Assembly: GCA_050949565.1 (NCBI GenBank)
Contig: JBMNFY010000017.1
Coordinates: 1,376,001 to 1,440,000, forward strand
Reading direction: 5' to 3'
Length of the DNA: 64,000 nucleotides
From: Kiritimatiellia bacterium
GTDB lineage: Bacteria; Verrucomicrobiota; Kiritimatiellia; RFP12; UBA1067
The first letter of the stretch is position 1. Each line of letters starts with the position of its first letter. The notes beneath the pieces are model-generated. The model was not told where the DNA came from and ran no database searches. It was given only the letters and a program-made list of their open reading frames with translations. The position numbers and the translations under genes were made by a program. Positions 1-9,649 of the stretch are shown one piece after another.

Positions 1-12
1 ATTCCAAAGAAA

Positions 13-1059
13 TCAGATTTCGTGATGTTCAGGTCCATGACTTCTCGCGCCTTCTTGACAGACTGCGCGCAATTCACGGTTGACCGCCCCAGATTCAAAC
101 AGGTGAAGAAGAAAATCGGATTCGCATGGAGAACTCGGTTTTAATGCGAAACAGAGGTACAATGTCGATAAAACGCCTTTGTCATATCTATCCAAACGCT
201 TTGTCGCGCCATAGGGATACCCCTTGGCGGCACTTCGGTTGTAGGCGAACTCTCCTTTTTTCAGAAGGTAGTAACCGGTCACATTATCAGCCGACACACT
301 TTTATTGTAAAATTCAAGCTGGTTGATTAATCCGGTTTCGGCTGATGAAGTCAGTACGTTCGTATTATTTTCGCTGTTCTTGCGAGTTACCGGACTGCAT
401 ATCTCCCCCAACCGCACCTTTTTCCACGCTGTGCCTTTCCGTGTGTTCTGTGTATTCTGTGGTTCTGAAATTAGCTTCCGTAACAGCCATTGGAACCTTT
501 TCTCCTTCGCCTGAATCAGCCGTTCGGTTTTCTCGATGGCCTCGTCCCAAGTGGACAACAGGTCAGCAATGGCCTTTTGTTCGGGAAGCGAGGGAAGCGT
601 GATAGGCATTTTTGATATTATTTCGGTATTCAGATTCAGCATTGTCTGACCGAGAGCGTTTCTCTCAAGCCATTTACCAACAGAATCCAATTGCAAATAC
701 TGATGTAAATAACCTGGGAAGACATCGTTTTTCACCCTGGCTCTAAGACAGCCACTGCCGCATATCCAGCCATTGTTTTCATCACGAGCAACACCAATCC
801 GCCGTAAATCCCCCCTCCTTGGAAAGATTATATCGCCGGAAATTATTTTATGTTTTTTTAGCTTCCGTGCTTTGGTTTCAGAAATTCTAGCGACAGTTTC
901 GCTTGAAAGAAATCCTCCAAGAATATCTTTCGGCATAACGACAGGAATACCGACATCCACATATTCCTCGGCTTTCAGTTGGCTCCCAAATGGACCTGTT
1001 TGAATTCCTTTGGGGATAGCAATATCCTCAAGAAGAATTTGATTGTATGGTCTGCTCAT
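13..1059 (-). CDS. hsdS: Type I restriction-modification specificity subunit (apparent frameshift near nt 33; probably continues past the window edge)
   Basis: TGPFGSQLK, ITLPSLPEQKAIADLLSTWDEAIE and WKKVRLGEI motifs; two-TRD layout. After SHG the typical LNITKSDFFG continues in another frame. Confidence 0.9.
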   Translation of the reverse strand: MSRPYNQILLEDIAIPKGIQTGPFGSQLKAEEYVDVGIPVVMPKDILGGFLSSETVARISETKARKLKKHKIISGDIIFPRRGDLRRIGVARDENNGWICGSGCLRARVKNDVFPGYLHQYLQLDSVGKWLERNALGQTMLNLNTEIISKMPITLPSLPEQKAIADLLSTWDEAIEKTERLIQAKEKRFQWLLRKLISEPQNTQNTRKGTAWKKVRLGEICSPVTRKNSENNTNVLTSSAETGLINQLEFYNKSVSADNVTGYYLLKKGEFAYNRSAAKGYPYGATKRLDRYDKGVLSTLYLCFALKPSSPCESDFLLHLFESGAVNRELRAVCQEGARSHGPEHHEI

Positions 1060-1117
1060 CGCTGAACCTCCCCGGGTTCGCCGACCCTTTCGTTGGCATC
1101 GACAAACATGCATTCAA

Positions 1118-1196
1118 CCACTGAATACACTGAACACACTGAAGGCTCCTTTGCGGATCGGCTTTCCGTGTATTCCGTGTGTTCCGTGGTTCCTTT
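1118..1196. repeat. Hairpin repeat (TTEHTEYTE-type), single copy between fic and hsdS
   Basis: CCACTGAATACACTGAACACACTGAA...TTCCGTGTATTCCGTGTGTTCCGTGG; near-identical to the units at 2528-2850. Confidence 0.9.
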
Positions 1197-1218
1197 CATG
1201 ATGTCGGCTCCACTGGGT

Positions 1219-2379
1219 CTATTTCTTAGAGTCGTCATTTCGCTTTGTTTCCGTGGCCGATTCGACCTGGATGGATTCATCGGTTTTCGATTCACGAGGC
1301 AGATTGACAAACAGCTCCACCAGAGGTGTGTTGATGTAGTAGTTTGTACGACCGTGGCGGTGCTTCTCAAGAAATCCGGCATCCACAAGTTTTTCCAGGT
1401 AGCGCGTGGCGGTCAGGCGAGAGACGTCTAGATCCCGTTGCAGGAAGCTGATCTTGGTGTAGGGGTGGCGGAAGAGGTTGTTGAGCAGATCCTGGCTGTA
1501 GAAACTGGGGAACTGTTCGCGGATGCGGTGCTTGTAGTCCAGCATGATGTCGCGGATGCGGGTGATGAGCTGGATTGTTTGCCGCGAGGTTGTCGCGATG
1601 CCTTCGAGCATGAACAACACCCATTGTTCCCAGGCCTGTTTGGTGCGAACCTCCTGAAGTAACCGATAGTAGTCGCCTTTGTTCTGAATGATGTACCGGC
1701 TCAGATAGAGTACCGGCAGGTTGAGCAGGCCGTTTGCCACGAGATACAGGATGTTGATGATGCGGCCTGTGCGCCCATTGCCGTCGTAGAACGGGTGGAT
1801 GCTCTCAAACTGGTAATGGATGATCGCCATCTTGACGAGTGGGTCTACGTCAAGGCGTCCCGGATCGTTGATAAATAATTCGAGATCGCTCATCAGCTCG
1901 GCGATTTGCGCAGGATGCTGGGGGGGCGTATAGACCACTTCGCCTGTCGCTTTGTTTCGCAGCGCCGTTCCCGGCAGTTTGCGGAACCCAGCGGTGTTTT
2001 GCTCAAGCTCGCGCTGGATGTCGAGTATCTGATTGAGCGTGATCAAGCCTGTTTTCCGTACGGAAACAAATCCCACCCGGAGTGCGTTGACATAACGCGA
2101 GACCTCTTTTGCCGCAGGGCTGGCGGACTCGTCGGCCAATTCTGCCTTGAACAGATCGTCATGCGTGGTGACAATGTTCTCGATTTCCGAACTGTCTTTC
2201 GCTTCCTGAAGCGCAAGGGTTTGGATCAGGATGTTTTCGTTGGGGATCGTGGCCGCAACGCCCTTAAGTTCAGCAAGATGCCGATTCGCTTCGACCAGCT
2301 TTTTCAGTATGGCCTTGGTTTCGAAGTCGACGGAAGGGGGCAGCAGGGGAAGATTGAAACCATCCACATCCTGTGTCAT
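1219..2379 (-). CDS. Fic family protein (Fic/DOC N-terminal domain, Fic domain, C-terminal HTH)
   Basis: HPFYDGNGRTGR catalytic motif; SSEIENIVTT inhibitory-type motif; start taken at MTQDVD. Confidence 0.92.
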   Translation of the reverse strand: MTQDVDGFNLPLLPPSVDFETKAILKKLVEANRHLAELKGVAATIPNENILIQTLALQEAKDSSEIENIVTTHDDLFKAELADESASPAAKEVSRYVNALRVGFVSVRKTGLITLNQILDIQRELEQNTAGFRKLPGTALRNKATGEVVYTPPQHPAQIAELMSDLELFINDPGRLDVDPLVKMAIIHYQFESIHPFYDGNGRTGRIINILYLVANGLLNLPVLYLSRYIIQNKGDYYRLLQEVRTKQAWEQWVLFMLEGIATTSRQTIQLITRIRDIMLDYKHRIREQFPSFYSQDLLNNLFRHPYTKISFLQRDLDVSRLTATRYLEKLVDAGFLEKHRHGRTNYYINTPLVELFVNLPRESKTDESIQVESATETKRNDDSKK

Positions 2380-2406
2380 ATCGAACCTCCTGTTCTTCTT
2401 TTTTGG

Positions 2407-2503
2407 AAAAGTATACACGTCATCCTTGAAGTGTTCAAGAAACAGCAGAAAGTATACACGTCATCCTCGATGTGTTCAAAAAACGGCAAAAAGTATACAC
2501 GTC
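2407..2503. repeat. Three ~42-bp direct repeats upstream of fic
   Basis: AAAGTATACACGTC occurs three times; the first two are followed by ATCCT...GTGTTCAA. Confidence 0.8.
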
Positions 2504-2527
2504 GCAAGCGACCTGTGTACGTTCAAC

Positions 2528-2850
2528 CACTGAATACACTGAAGGCTCCTTTGCGGACCGGCTTTCCGTGTATTCCGTGTGTTCTGTGGTTCCTTTCTCC
2601 AACCACTGAATACACTGGACACACTGAAGGCTCCTTTGCGGACCGGCTTTCCGTGTATTCCGTGTGTTCCGTGGTTCCTTTCTCCACCACTGAATACACT
2701 GGACACACTGAAGGCTCCTTTGCGGACCGGCTTCCCGTGTATTCCGTGTGTTCCGTGGTTCCTTCTCCAACCACTGAATACACTGAACACACCGAAGGTT
2801 CCTTTGCGGACCGGCTTTCCGTGTATTCCGTGTGTTCCGTGGTTCCTTTC
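2528..2850. repeat. Tandem array of ~84-bp hairpin repeats (about 4 copies)
   Basis: Units start near 2528, 2603, 2687 and 2771; constant loop GGCTCCTTTGCGGACCGGC. Confidence 0.92.
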
Positions 2851-4444
2851 ACTTTCCAACTCCCAGCTCCTCCAGCTTTTCCGCCATCTTCGCCCGTACC
2901 GCGACCAACTCTTTTTCCAGCGCGTCGATTTCGGCCTGCACGGCGTCGATATCGATTTCCTCCTCCTCTTCAAAGGTGTCCACATAGCGGGGGATGTTGA
3001 GGTTGAAGTCGTTTTCCTTGATCTCGGCGAACTCGGCCAAATGGGCGTATTTTTCTTCTTCGGCCCTGGCGGTGTAAGTCGCCATAATCTTGTCAATGTG
3101 CGCTTCGGAGAGAGTGTTTTGATTCTTGCCCGAGACAAACTCACGGCTGGCATCGATGAAAAGGACGTTCTTGCACTCCTCACGGGTGCCGCCCTTTTCT
3201 CGGGAGCGGTCAAAGACCAGAATCGCCACCGGAATATTGGTGGTCGGGAACAGGTTGCCCGGCAGGCCGATCACGGCATCCAGCAGATTTTCCTCGATCA
3301 TTTTCCGGCGGATACGGCCTTCGGCCGCGCCACGGAACAGCACGCCATGGGGAACCACCACGGCGACGCGGCCCTGCTTTTCAAGGGCGGTTTCCACCAT
3401 GTGGCTGATAAAGGCCCAGTCGCCCTTGCTCTTCGGCGGGATCCCGCGCCAAAAGCGATTGTACGGATCGCTCTCCGCGTTTTCGGCGCCCCATTTATCC
3501 AGAAAGAAGGGCGGATTGGCCACCACGCAGTTGAACTTCATCAGCCGGTCTTTTTCCACCAAGAGCGGACTGTTCAGGGTGTCGCACCACTCGATGCGGG
3601 CGCTGTCAAAGCTGTGCAGGAACATGTTCATACGGCAGAGCGCCCAGGTGCTGCCGTTGGACTCCTGCCCGAAAAGGGCGAAGTTGCGCTTCCCTTGGGC
3701 GTCGTCCGCATTGCGCGCGACTTCGCGGGCGGCCTGAATCAAGAGCCCGCCCGATCCACACGCCGGATCGCAGATACGATCGCCGGGCCTGGGGGCAGCG
3801 AGCCTTGCCACCAACTCGCTCACCTTCGGAGGCGTGAAGAACTCCCCGGCCTTTTTACCCGAATCCGAGGCAAAGCGCTCAATCAGATAGATGTAGGTGT
3901 TGCCGATCACGTCATCATCAACCCGGCTGGGGCGCATATTAAGCTGCGGCTTGTGAAAATCCTCCAGCAATTGTTTGAGGCGGCGGTTGCGATCCTTGGT
4001 TTTTCCGAGATTGGCTTCACTGTTGAAGTCGATATTGCGGAAGACCCCTTCGAGCTTGCTCTTGTTGCTCGTCTCAATGTGGTCGAGTACGATGTTGATC
4101 AACTCGCCGATGTTGGCAGCGGCACGGCGTTCGTAAAGGCTGTAGTAGGTGGCGGGAAACTCATCCAACACCGTCTCGACACCTGTTTCTTCGTCCTTTT
4201 CGGTAAGCTTCACCACGGGGAGGACAAACCGTTCGCGGCTGAGCTTGCGGCGGATACGGACGTCGTCATCGCCATGCAACTCCTGATATTCCTCGTAATG
4301 GTCTTGCCAGACGTCAGAGATGTATTTCAAAAACAACATCACGAGGATGTAGTCTTTGTACTGCGCTGGATTAACGACTCCTCGAAAGGTGTCACACGCC
4401 GCCCATGCTGCGTTGTTGATGTCTTTTTGATCGATTTTACTCAT
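2849..4444 (-). CDS. hsdM: Type I restriction-modification methyltransferase subunit
   Basis: WAACDTFRG, GEFFTP, DPACGSGG (motif I), ANPPF (motif IV), NLNIPRYVD. Confidence 0.97.
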   Translation of the reverse strand: MSKIDQKDINNAAWAACDTFRGVVNPAQYKDYILVMLFLKYISDVWQDHYEEYQELHGDDDVRIRRKLSRERFVLPVVKLTEKDEETGVETVLDEFPATYYSLYERRAAANIGELINIVLDHIETSNKSKLEGVFRNIDFNSEANLGKTKDRNRRLKQLLEDFHKPQLNMRPSRVDDDVIGNTYIYLIERFASDSGKKAGEFFTPPKVSELVARLAAPRPGDRICDPACGSGGLLIQAAREVARNADDAQGKRNFALFGQESNGSTWALCRMNMFLHSFDSARIEWCDTLNSPLLVEKDRLMKFNCVVANPPFFLDKWGAENAESDPYNRFWRGIPPKSKGDWAFISHMVETALEKQGRVAVVVPHGVLFRGAAEGRIRRKMIEENLLDAVIGLPGNLFPTTNIPVAILVFDRSREKGGTREECKNVLFIDASREFVSGKNQNTLSEAHIDKIMATYTARAEEEKYAHLAEFAEIKENDFNLNIPRYVDTFEEEEEIDIDAVQAEIDALEKELVAVRAKMAEKLEELGVGK

Positions 4445-4460
4445 GACATACTCCCGTTTT

Positions 4461-6780
4461 TAACCACGGAATACACGGAATACACGGAAAGGAACAGGCT
4501 TCTGTGTATTCAGTGTGTTCTGTGGTTCCATCCTTAAACCCAAAGTCTCTCCGCGTGGTCTGCGGGTTTGTTTCTAACCACGGAATACACGGAACACACT
4601 GAAAGGAACAGGCTTCTGTGTATTCAGTGTGTTCTGTGGTTCCATCCCTAAACCAAAAGTCTCTCCGCGTGGTCTGCGGGTTTGTTTCTAACCACGGAAT
4701 ACACGGAACACACAGAAAAGGACAGCTTCCGTGTATTCAGTGTGTTCTGTGGTTCCACCTTAAACCCAAAGCCTTTCCGCGCGGTCTGCGGGTTTGTTTC
4801 TAACCACGGAATACACGGAACACACTGAAAGGAACAGGCTTCCGTGTATTCAGTGTGTTCTGTGGTTCCACCCCTAAACCCAAAGCCTTTCCGCGCGGTC
4901 TGCGGGTTTGTTTCTAACCACGGAATACACGGAACACACTGAAAGGAACAGGCTTCCGTGTATTCAGTGTGTTCTGTGGTTCCACCCCTAAACCAAAAGC
5001 CTTTCCGCGTGGTCTGCGGGTTTGTCTCTAACCACGGCGCGGTCTGCGGGTTTGTTTCTAACCACGGAATACACGGAACACACTGAAAGGACAGGCTTCC
5101 GTGTATTCAGTGTGTTCTGTGGTTCCACCCCTAAACCCAAAGCCTTTCCGCGCGGTCTGCGGGTTTGTTTCTAACCACGGAATACACGGAACACACTGAA
5201 AGGAACAGGCTTCTGTGTATTCAGTGTGTTCTGTGGTTCCATCCCTAAACCAAAAGCCTTTCCGCGTGGCCTGCGGGTTTGTTTCTAACCACGGAATACA
5301 CGGAACACACTGAAAGGAACAGGCTTCAGTGTATTCAGTGTGTTCTGTGGTTCCATCCCTAAACCCAAAGCCTTTCCGCGTGGTCTGCGGGTTTGTTTCT
5401 AACCACGGAATACACGGAACACACTGAAAGGAACAGGCTTCGTGTATTCAGTGTGTTCTGTGGTTCCACCCCTAAACCCAAAGCCTTTCCGCGCGGTCTG
5501 CGGGTTTGTTTCTAACCACGGAATACACGGAACACACTGAAAGGAACAGGCTTCCGTGTATTCAGTGTGTTCTGTGGTTCCACCCCTAAACCCAAAGCCT
5601 TTCCGCGCGGTCTGCGGGTTTGTTTCTAACCACGGAATACACGGAAACACACTGAAAGGAACAGGCTTCCGTGTATTCAGTGTGTTCTGTGGTTCCACCC
5701 TAAACCCAAAGCCTTTCCGCGCGGTCTGCGGGTTTGTTTCTAACCACGGAATACACGGAACACACTGAAAGGAACAGGCTTCCGTGTATTCAGTGTGTTC
5801 TGTGGTTCCACCCCTAAACCCAAAGCCTTTCCGCGCGGTCTGCGGGTTTGTTTCTAACCACGGAATACACGGAACACACTGAAAGGAACAGGCTTCAGTG
5901 TGTTCAGTGTGTTCTGTGGTTCCACCCCTAAACCCAAAGCCTTTCCGCGCGGTCTGCGGGTTTGTTTCTAACCACGGAATACACGGAACACACTGAAAGG
6001 AACAGGCTTCAGTGTGTTCAGTGTGTTCTGTGGTTCCACCCCTAAACCCAAAGCCTTTCCGCGCGGTCTGCGGGTTTGTTTCTAACCACGGAATACACGG
6101 AACACACTGAAAAGGAAACTTCCGTGTATTCAGTGTGTTCTGTGGTTCCACCCCTAAACCCAAAGCCTTTCCGCGCGGTCTGCGGGTTTGTTTCTAACCA
6201 CGGAATACACGGAACACACTGAAGGACACGTGTTTCGTGGTGGGGAACAGGCTTCCGTGTATTCAGTGTGTTCTGTGGTTCCACCCCTAAACCCAAAGCC
6301 TTTCCGCGCGGTCTGCGGGTTTGTTTCTAACCACGGAATACACGGAACACACTGAAAGGAACAGGCTTCAGTGTGTTCAGTGTGTTCTGTGGTTCCACCC
6401 CTAAACCCAAAGCCTTTCCGCGCGGTCTGCGGGTTTGTTTCTAACCACGGAATACACGGAACACACTGAAAAGGGGAAACTTCCGTGTATTCAGTGTGTT
6501 CTGTGGTTCCACCCCTAAACCCAAAGCCTTTCCGCGCGGTCTGCGGGTTTGTTTCTAACCACGGAATACACGGAACACACTGAAAAGGGGAAACTTCCGT
6601 GTATTCAGTGTGTTCTGTGGTTCCACCCCTAAACCCAAAGCCTTTCCGCGCGGTCTGCGGGTTTGTTTCTAACCACGGAATACACGGAACACACTGAAAA
6701 GGGGAAACTTCCGTGTATTCAGTGTGTTCTGTGGTTCCAACCTTAAACCAAAAGCCTTTCCGTGTTTTCTGTGGTTTCAT
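4461..6780. repeat. Tandem array of ~114-bp hairpin units (about 20 copies plus one partial)
   Basis: Unit TAACCACGGAATACACGGAACACACTGAA-loop-TTCCGTGTATTCAGTGTGTTCTGTGGTTCC-linker; starts at 4461, 4575, 4689, 4801 ... 6670. Confidence 0.97.
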
Positions 6781-7181
6781 TTGGCAATTCTCTCGATTGT
6801 TGCCATCGGGTAATGGCCGAAGTTCACCAAAAGTCCAAGTTGAAGCCTGCCCGCTTTCAAGTAGTTATGCACCTGCGCACGATGCTCGTCGCAAATTTCT
6901 TTGACCGCCTTGATCTCGACAATGATCTTCCCATAGCAGATAAAGTCCGGCCTATAGGACTGCTGAAGTCTTTCCTGTTTGTAGAACAACTCCAATTCAG
7001 GTTGAGACACAAACGGAATATGCTGTCTATGGAGTTCTTTCTCCAAGCATTCCTGATAGACCGCCTCTAGAAAGCCACACCCCATTTCACGGTACACCTC
7101 AAAAACTGCGCCTCGCAGCAGATAGCTCTCTTCCTCAAACAAAAAATTCTTCCGTGTATTCAGTGTATTCTGTGGTTCCAT
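6777..7181 (-). CDS. GxxExxY family protein (PD-(D/E)XK nuclease-like fold)
   Basis: GCGFLEAVYQECL, YRPDFIC, IIVEIKAV, HRAQVHNYLKA, GLLVNFG. Confidence 0.93.
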   Translation of the reverse strand: MEPQNTLNTRKNFLFEEESYLLRGAVFEVYREMGCGFLEAVYQECLEKELHRQHIPFVSQPELELFYKQERLQQSYRPDFICYGKIIVEIKAVKEICDEHRAQVHNYLKAGRLQLGLLVNFGHYPMATIERIAK

Positions 7182-7765
7182 AACCCTTCCCTCCCAGTGG
7201 TCGCATCCTGCATGAGTACCGCCGACACATATCGCGCGCGTTTGTCCGCCAGCGCGTGAAGCAGCTCTTGCTCACGAGCCGAAAGCGCGGCCAGTTCGAC
7301 GATACTTTTCTGCTTTTCCACACTCGGCAGCGCCACCTCCAGCTCCTCGACCGTTCGCTTGCTGATCATTTTCTGGGCCGACCCTTTGGCCCGGCTGTTC
7401 AAGAAGATCTGCGCTTCCCGCTGGCTGATGTACCAGTTCAGATACTCCGGCAAAATCACATCCGGCCTTTTCACCCTTATCCTCAGCAAAGGGGCGGCAA
7501 CAACAGCCTTGCCCGGATCATCCAGAAGCACCGCAGATGTGGCCATCTGGCCGCGTGACCTAAAAACCAGATCACCTTTTTTTACAAAATGATGCTCCTT
7601 CTCTTCCATATCGACCCTCATCAAGTCGTCACAACTCACCGTGTTGCTGTCGAGGAGATCCTTCATCTGGATAACCGCAAGGTTGCCGTCCTCAACCGCC
7701 TCAAGACGGGATCGGAACGAGTATCCCGTCTGCACGGTTGCTAACTCTTTAACTCTCTTTTTCAT
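7160..7765 (-). CDS. Single-TRD restriction endonuclease subunit S-like protein
   Basis: ELATVQTGYSFR, GDLVFRSRG, PEYLNWYI, LPSVEKQKSIVEL. Confidence 0.8.
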   Translation of the reverse strand: MKKRVKELATVQTGYSFRSRLEAVEDGNLAVIQMKDLLDSNTVSCDDLMRVDMEEKEHHFVKKGDLVFRSRGQMATSAVLLDDPGKAVVAAPLLRIRVKRPDVILPEYLNWYISQREAQIFLNSRAKGSAQKMISKRTVEELEVALPSVEKQKSIVELAALSAREQELLHALADKRARYVSAVLMQDATTGREGLWNHRIH

Positions 7766-7944
7766 CCGCCAATCACCCAGAATACAGTATCGCCGTTTCA
7801 GCAAACCATATAAAATCCCAGAGGCGTCCGTCAAACGCGTTTTGCAAAAACATCGTTACTGTGTTTTTTGCTTTGGGGGATAGGGCTCATTTTGGTATAA
7901 AACGCTCTGTGTATCTGGTACAGTTATGCGTGAAAGGAAATAAG

Positions 7945-8880
7945 ATGAAGAAAACGTTAGTGCCTTACCGGCCGATAAAAACAAGTTGTCTAACCACGGA
8001 ACACACAGAATACACGGAAAATAGTACAGTGCCCTTTCGGGTATTTCGTGTTTTTTGTGGTAAGGAATTTGGGTTGCGGGTGCCGTCCGCGTTAATCGCT
8101 GGCGCTGTGATGCTGGCAGTGGCATGGGGACATGCGGCCGACGCACCGCGGCTGCTGGCGCACCGGGGCGGCGGACACGAATACGATGAGAACAGCCTGG
8201 GCGCTTTCCGCGCGAGTTATGACAAAGGGCTGCGCGGCTTTGAGACCGACATCCGTTTGACGAAGGACAACGTGCTCGTGCTCCTGCACGATAATACGCT
8301 TGATCGCACCACCACTGGGACCGGCGCGATCGAAGATCTGACTGTGGACGAGGTCAAAGCGCTCAAGCTCAAAAAGTCCGGCGAACCAATCCCGCTCGTA
8401 CGAGACCTCTTCGAATATTTCAAGGACAAGGCGGACATCTTCATCGAATTGGAGATGAAGACCAGCACCAAACTGTACCCAGAGGAACGGCTGGAAATCT
8501 ATTGCAAAGCCCTGTACGAGGCGGCTACGACCACCCTGCCGCGCGGCACCTACATCTTCACCTCTTTCGACAAGCGTACGCTGGGCACGATGAAGCGGCT
8601 CTATCCAGATGCCGACATCGGATTGATCGTCGGCGGAGGACTGGACGAGAAGGTGATCAAGACCGCGCTCGAACTGGGCTGCAAGCGGATCGCGCCGACG
8701 ATGGACACGACCACCCGTAAAGCCGTTAGAGACGCCAAAAAAGCCGGGTTCGGACTGACCGGCTGGCCCACGCTGTCCGAGGCGGACTACAAGCTGGGTG
8801 CGGCGTTGGGCTTCGACTGCCTGACCACGGACTATCCGGTTAAACTGCACGAAAGCGTGAAAGCGGGTACATTGCGGTAA
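7945..8880 (+). CDS. Glycerophosphodiester phosphodiesterase (GDPD), probably secreted
   Basis: AHRGG, ENSLGAF, ETDIRLTKDNVLVLLHD, TTDYP; hydrophobic signal-like segment; AAGGA RBS before ATG 7945. Confidence 0.9.
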   Translation: MKKTLVPYRPIKTSCLTTEHTEYTENSTVPFRVFRVFCGKEFGLRVPSALIAGAVMLAVAWGHAADAPRLLAHRGGGHEYDENSLGAFRASYDKGLRGFETDIRLTKDNVLVLLHDNTLDRTTTGTGAIEDLTVDEVKALKLKKSGEPIPLVRDLFEYFKDKADIFIELEMKTSTKLYPEERLEIYCKALYEAATTTLPRGTYIFTSFDKRTLGTMKRLYPDADIGLIVGGGLDEKVIKTALELGCKRIAPTMDTTTRKAVRDAKKAGFGLTGWPTLSEADYKLGAALGFDCLTTDYPVKLHESVKAGTLR

Positions 8881-9309
8881 GAACAAAAACCGCCCCTCGC
8901 GCGCGTACGCCCGAACAACTTAACGCAATTCTTACACGAGCCCAATAAAGCACTCGCAGTAAGGAGATATCCTTAGCGCCGAACCCAGTACATACCAAGT
9001 TGTTTCTCGCGAAGGTACGGAGGGGCACGAAGGGCGATACATTTTTAAAGGCCCCCTTCGTGCCTTCGCCTTTATTCCGCGCTACGCTTGTCACTATGCC
9101 CCCGTTCATGTATAGTCCCCGCTTATCTATGTGCTCAACGCTCACGCTGGTGCATTGAGCGTCTGTTTGCCGAGCGCAACGAGAAAGGTAAAGGGGAGCA
9201 GGGAGTCGGATAAGCGTGGGCGTCCCCGCCCGCAACAACGTTCCCTGCAAAAGTCTGATGCGCATATCTACTGAGAGACAAACCGCGCACCTGAATCATG
9301 CATGGTGCG

Positions 9310-9415
9310 GACGAGCAGACGCTCGTCCCTCCCGCCCCGTGACCGGGCTTGCGAAGCACCGGGAGGGGCAAGCGTCTGCTTGCCCGCAGTGCGGGCGGGG
9401 ACGCCCGCACCCCCG
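9310..9415. repeat. REP-like palindromes (GGGAGGGGCAAGCGTCTGCTTG family)
   Basis: Related copies near 37350-37390, 52330-52365 and 60157-60190. Confidence 0.6.
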
Positions 9416-9436
9416 ACAGAAACTAAGGACTAAAAA

Positions 9437-9649
9437 ATGCTCGATATCGATTATCTCTTATGGTGGCAGCATATCCGGGAACTGACCGGCCATCGATTTG
9501 ATGAGGTGGCCTGGCACCTCTCGGATATCGGTCACTGGTTTGAAAGTTTTTTTATCCCGGCGATCGTCTACTGGGCCATCGACCGCAAAACCGGTGTGTT
9601 CTGTAATCTGGCGATATTTGGCACCGGTGAAAACAAGGAGACAGAATGA
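9437..9649 (+). pseudogene. Short ORF resembling the N-terminus of a PAP2-family membrane phosphatase, probably truncated
   Basis: IDYLLWWQHIRE...LSDIG...IVYWAIDRKTG pattern; no catalytic PAP2 motifs follow. Confidence 0.45.

Noticed and set aside
2579-4537. 652-aa plus-strand ORF and similar long antisense ORFs over mfd, the S41 protease, purB and others
   Set aside because: Shadow frames of well-supported genes in high-GC DNA.
4461-6780. CRISPR array
   Set aside because: Units are near-identical throughout with no unique spacers, and no cas genes are present. The same applies to the 56-kb and 58-kb arrays.
5399-6780. Long ORFs within the array
   Set aside because: They result from a 114-bp (38-codon) unit lacking stops in some frames; there is no protein-like content.
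13-7765. hsdS shufflon
   Set aside because: Both hsdS-like genes are co-oriented, with no shared inverted repeats or adjacent recombinase in the window.
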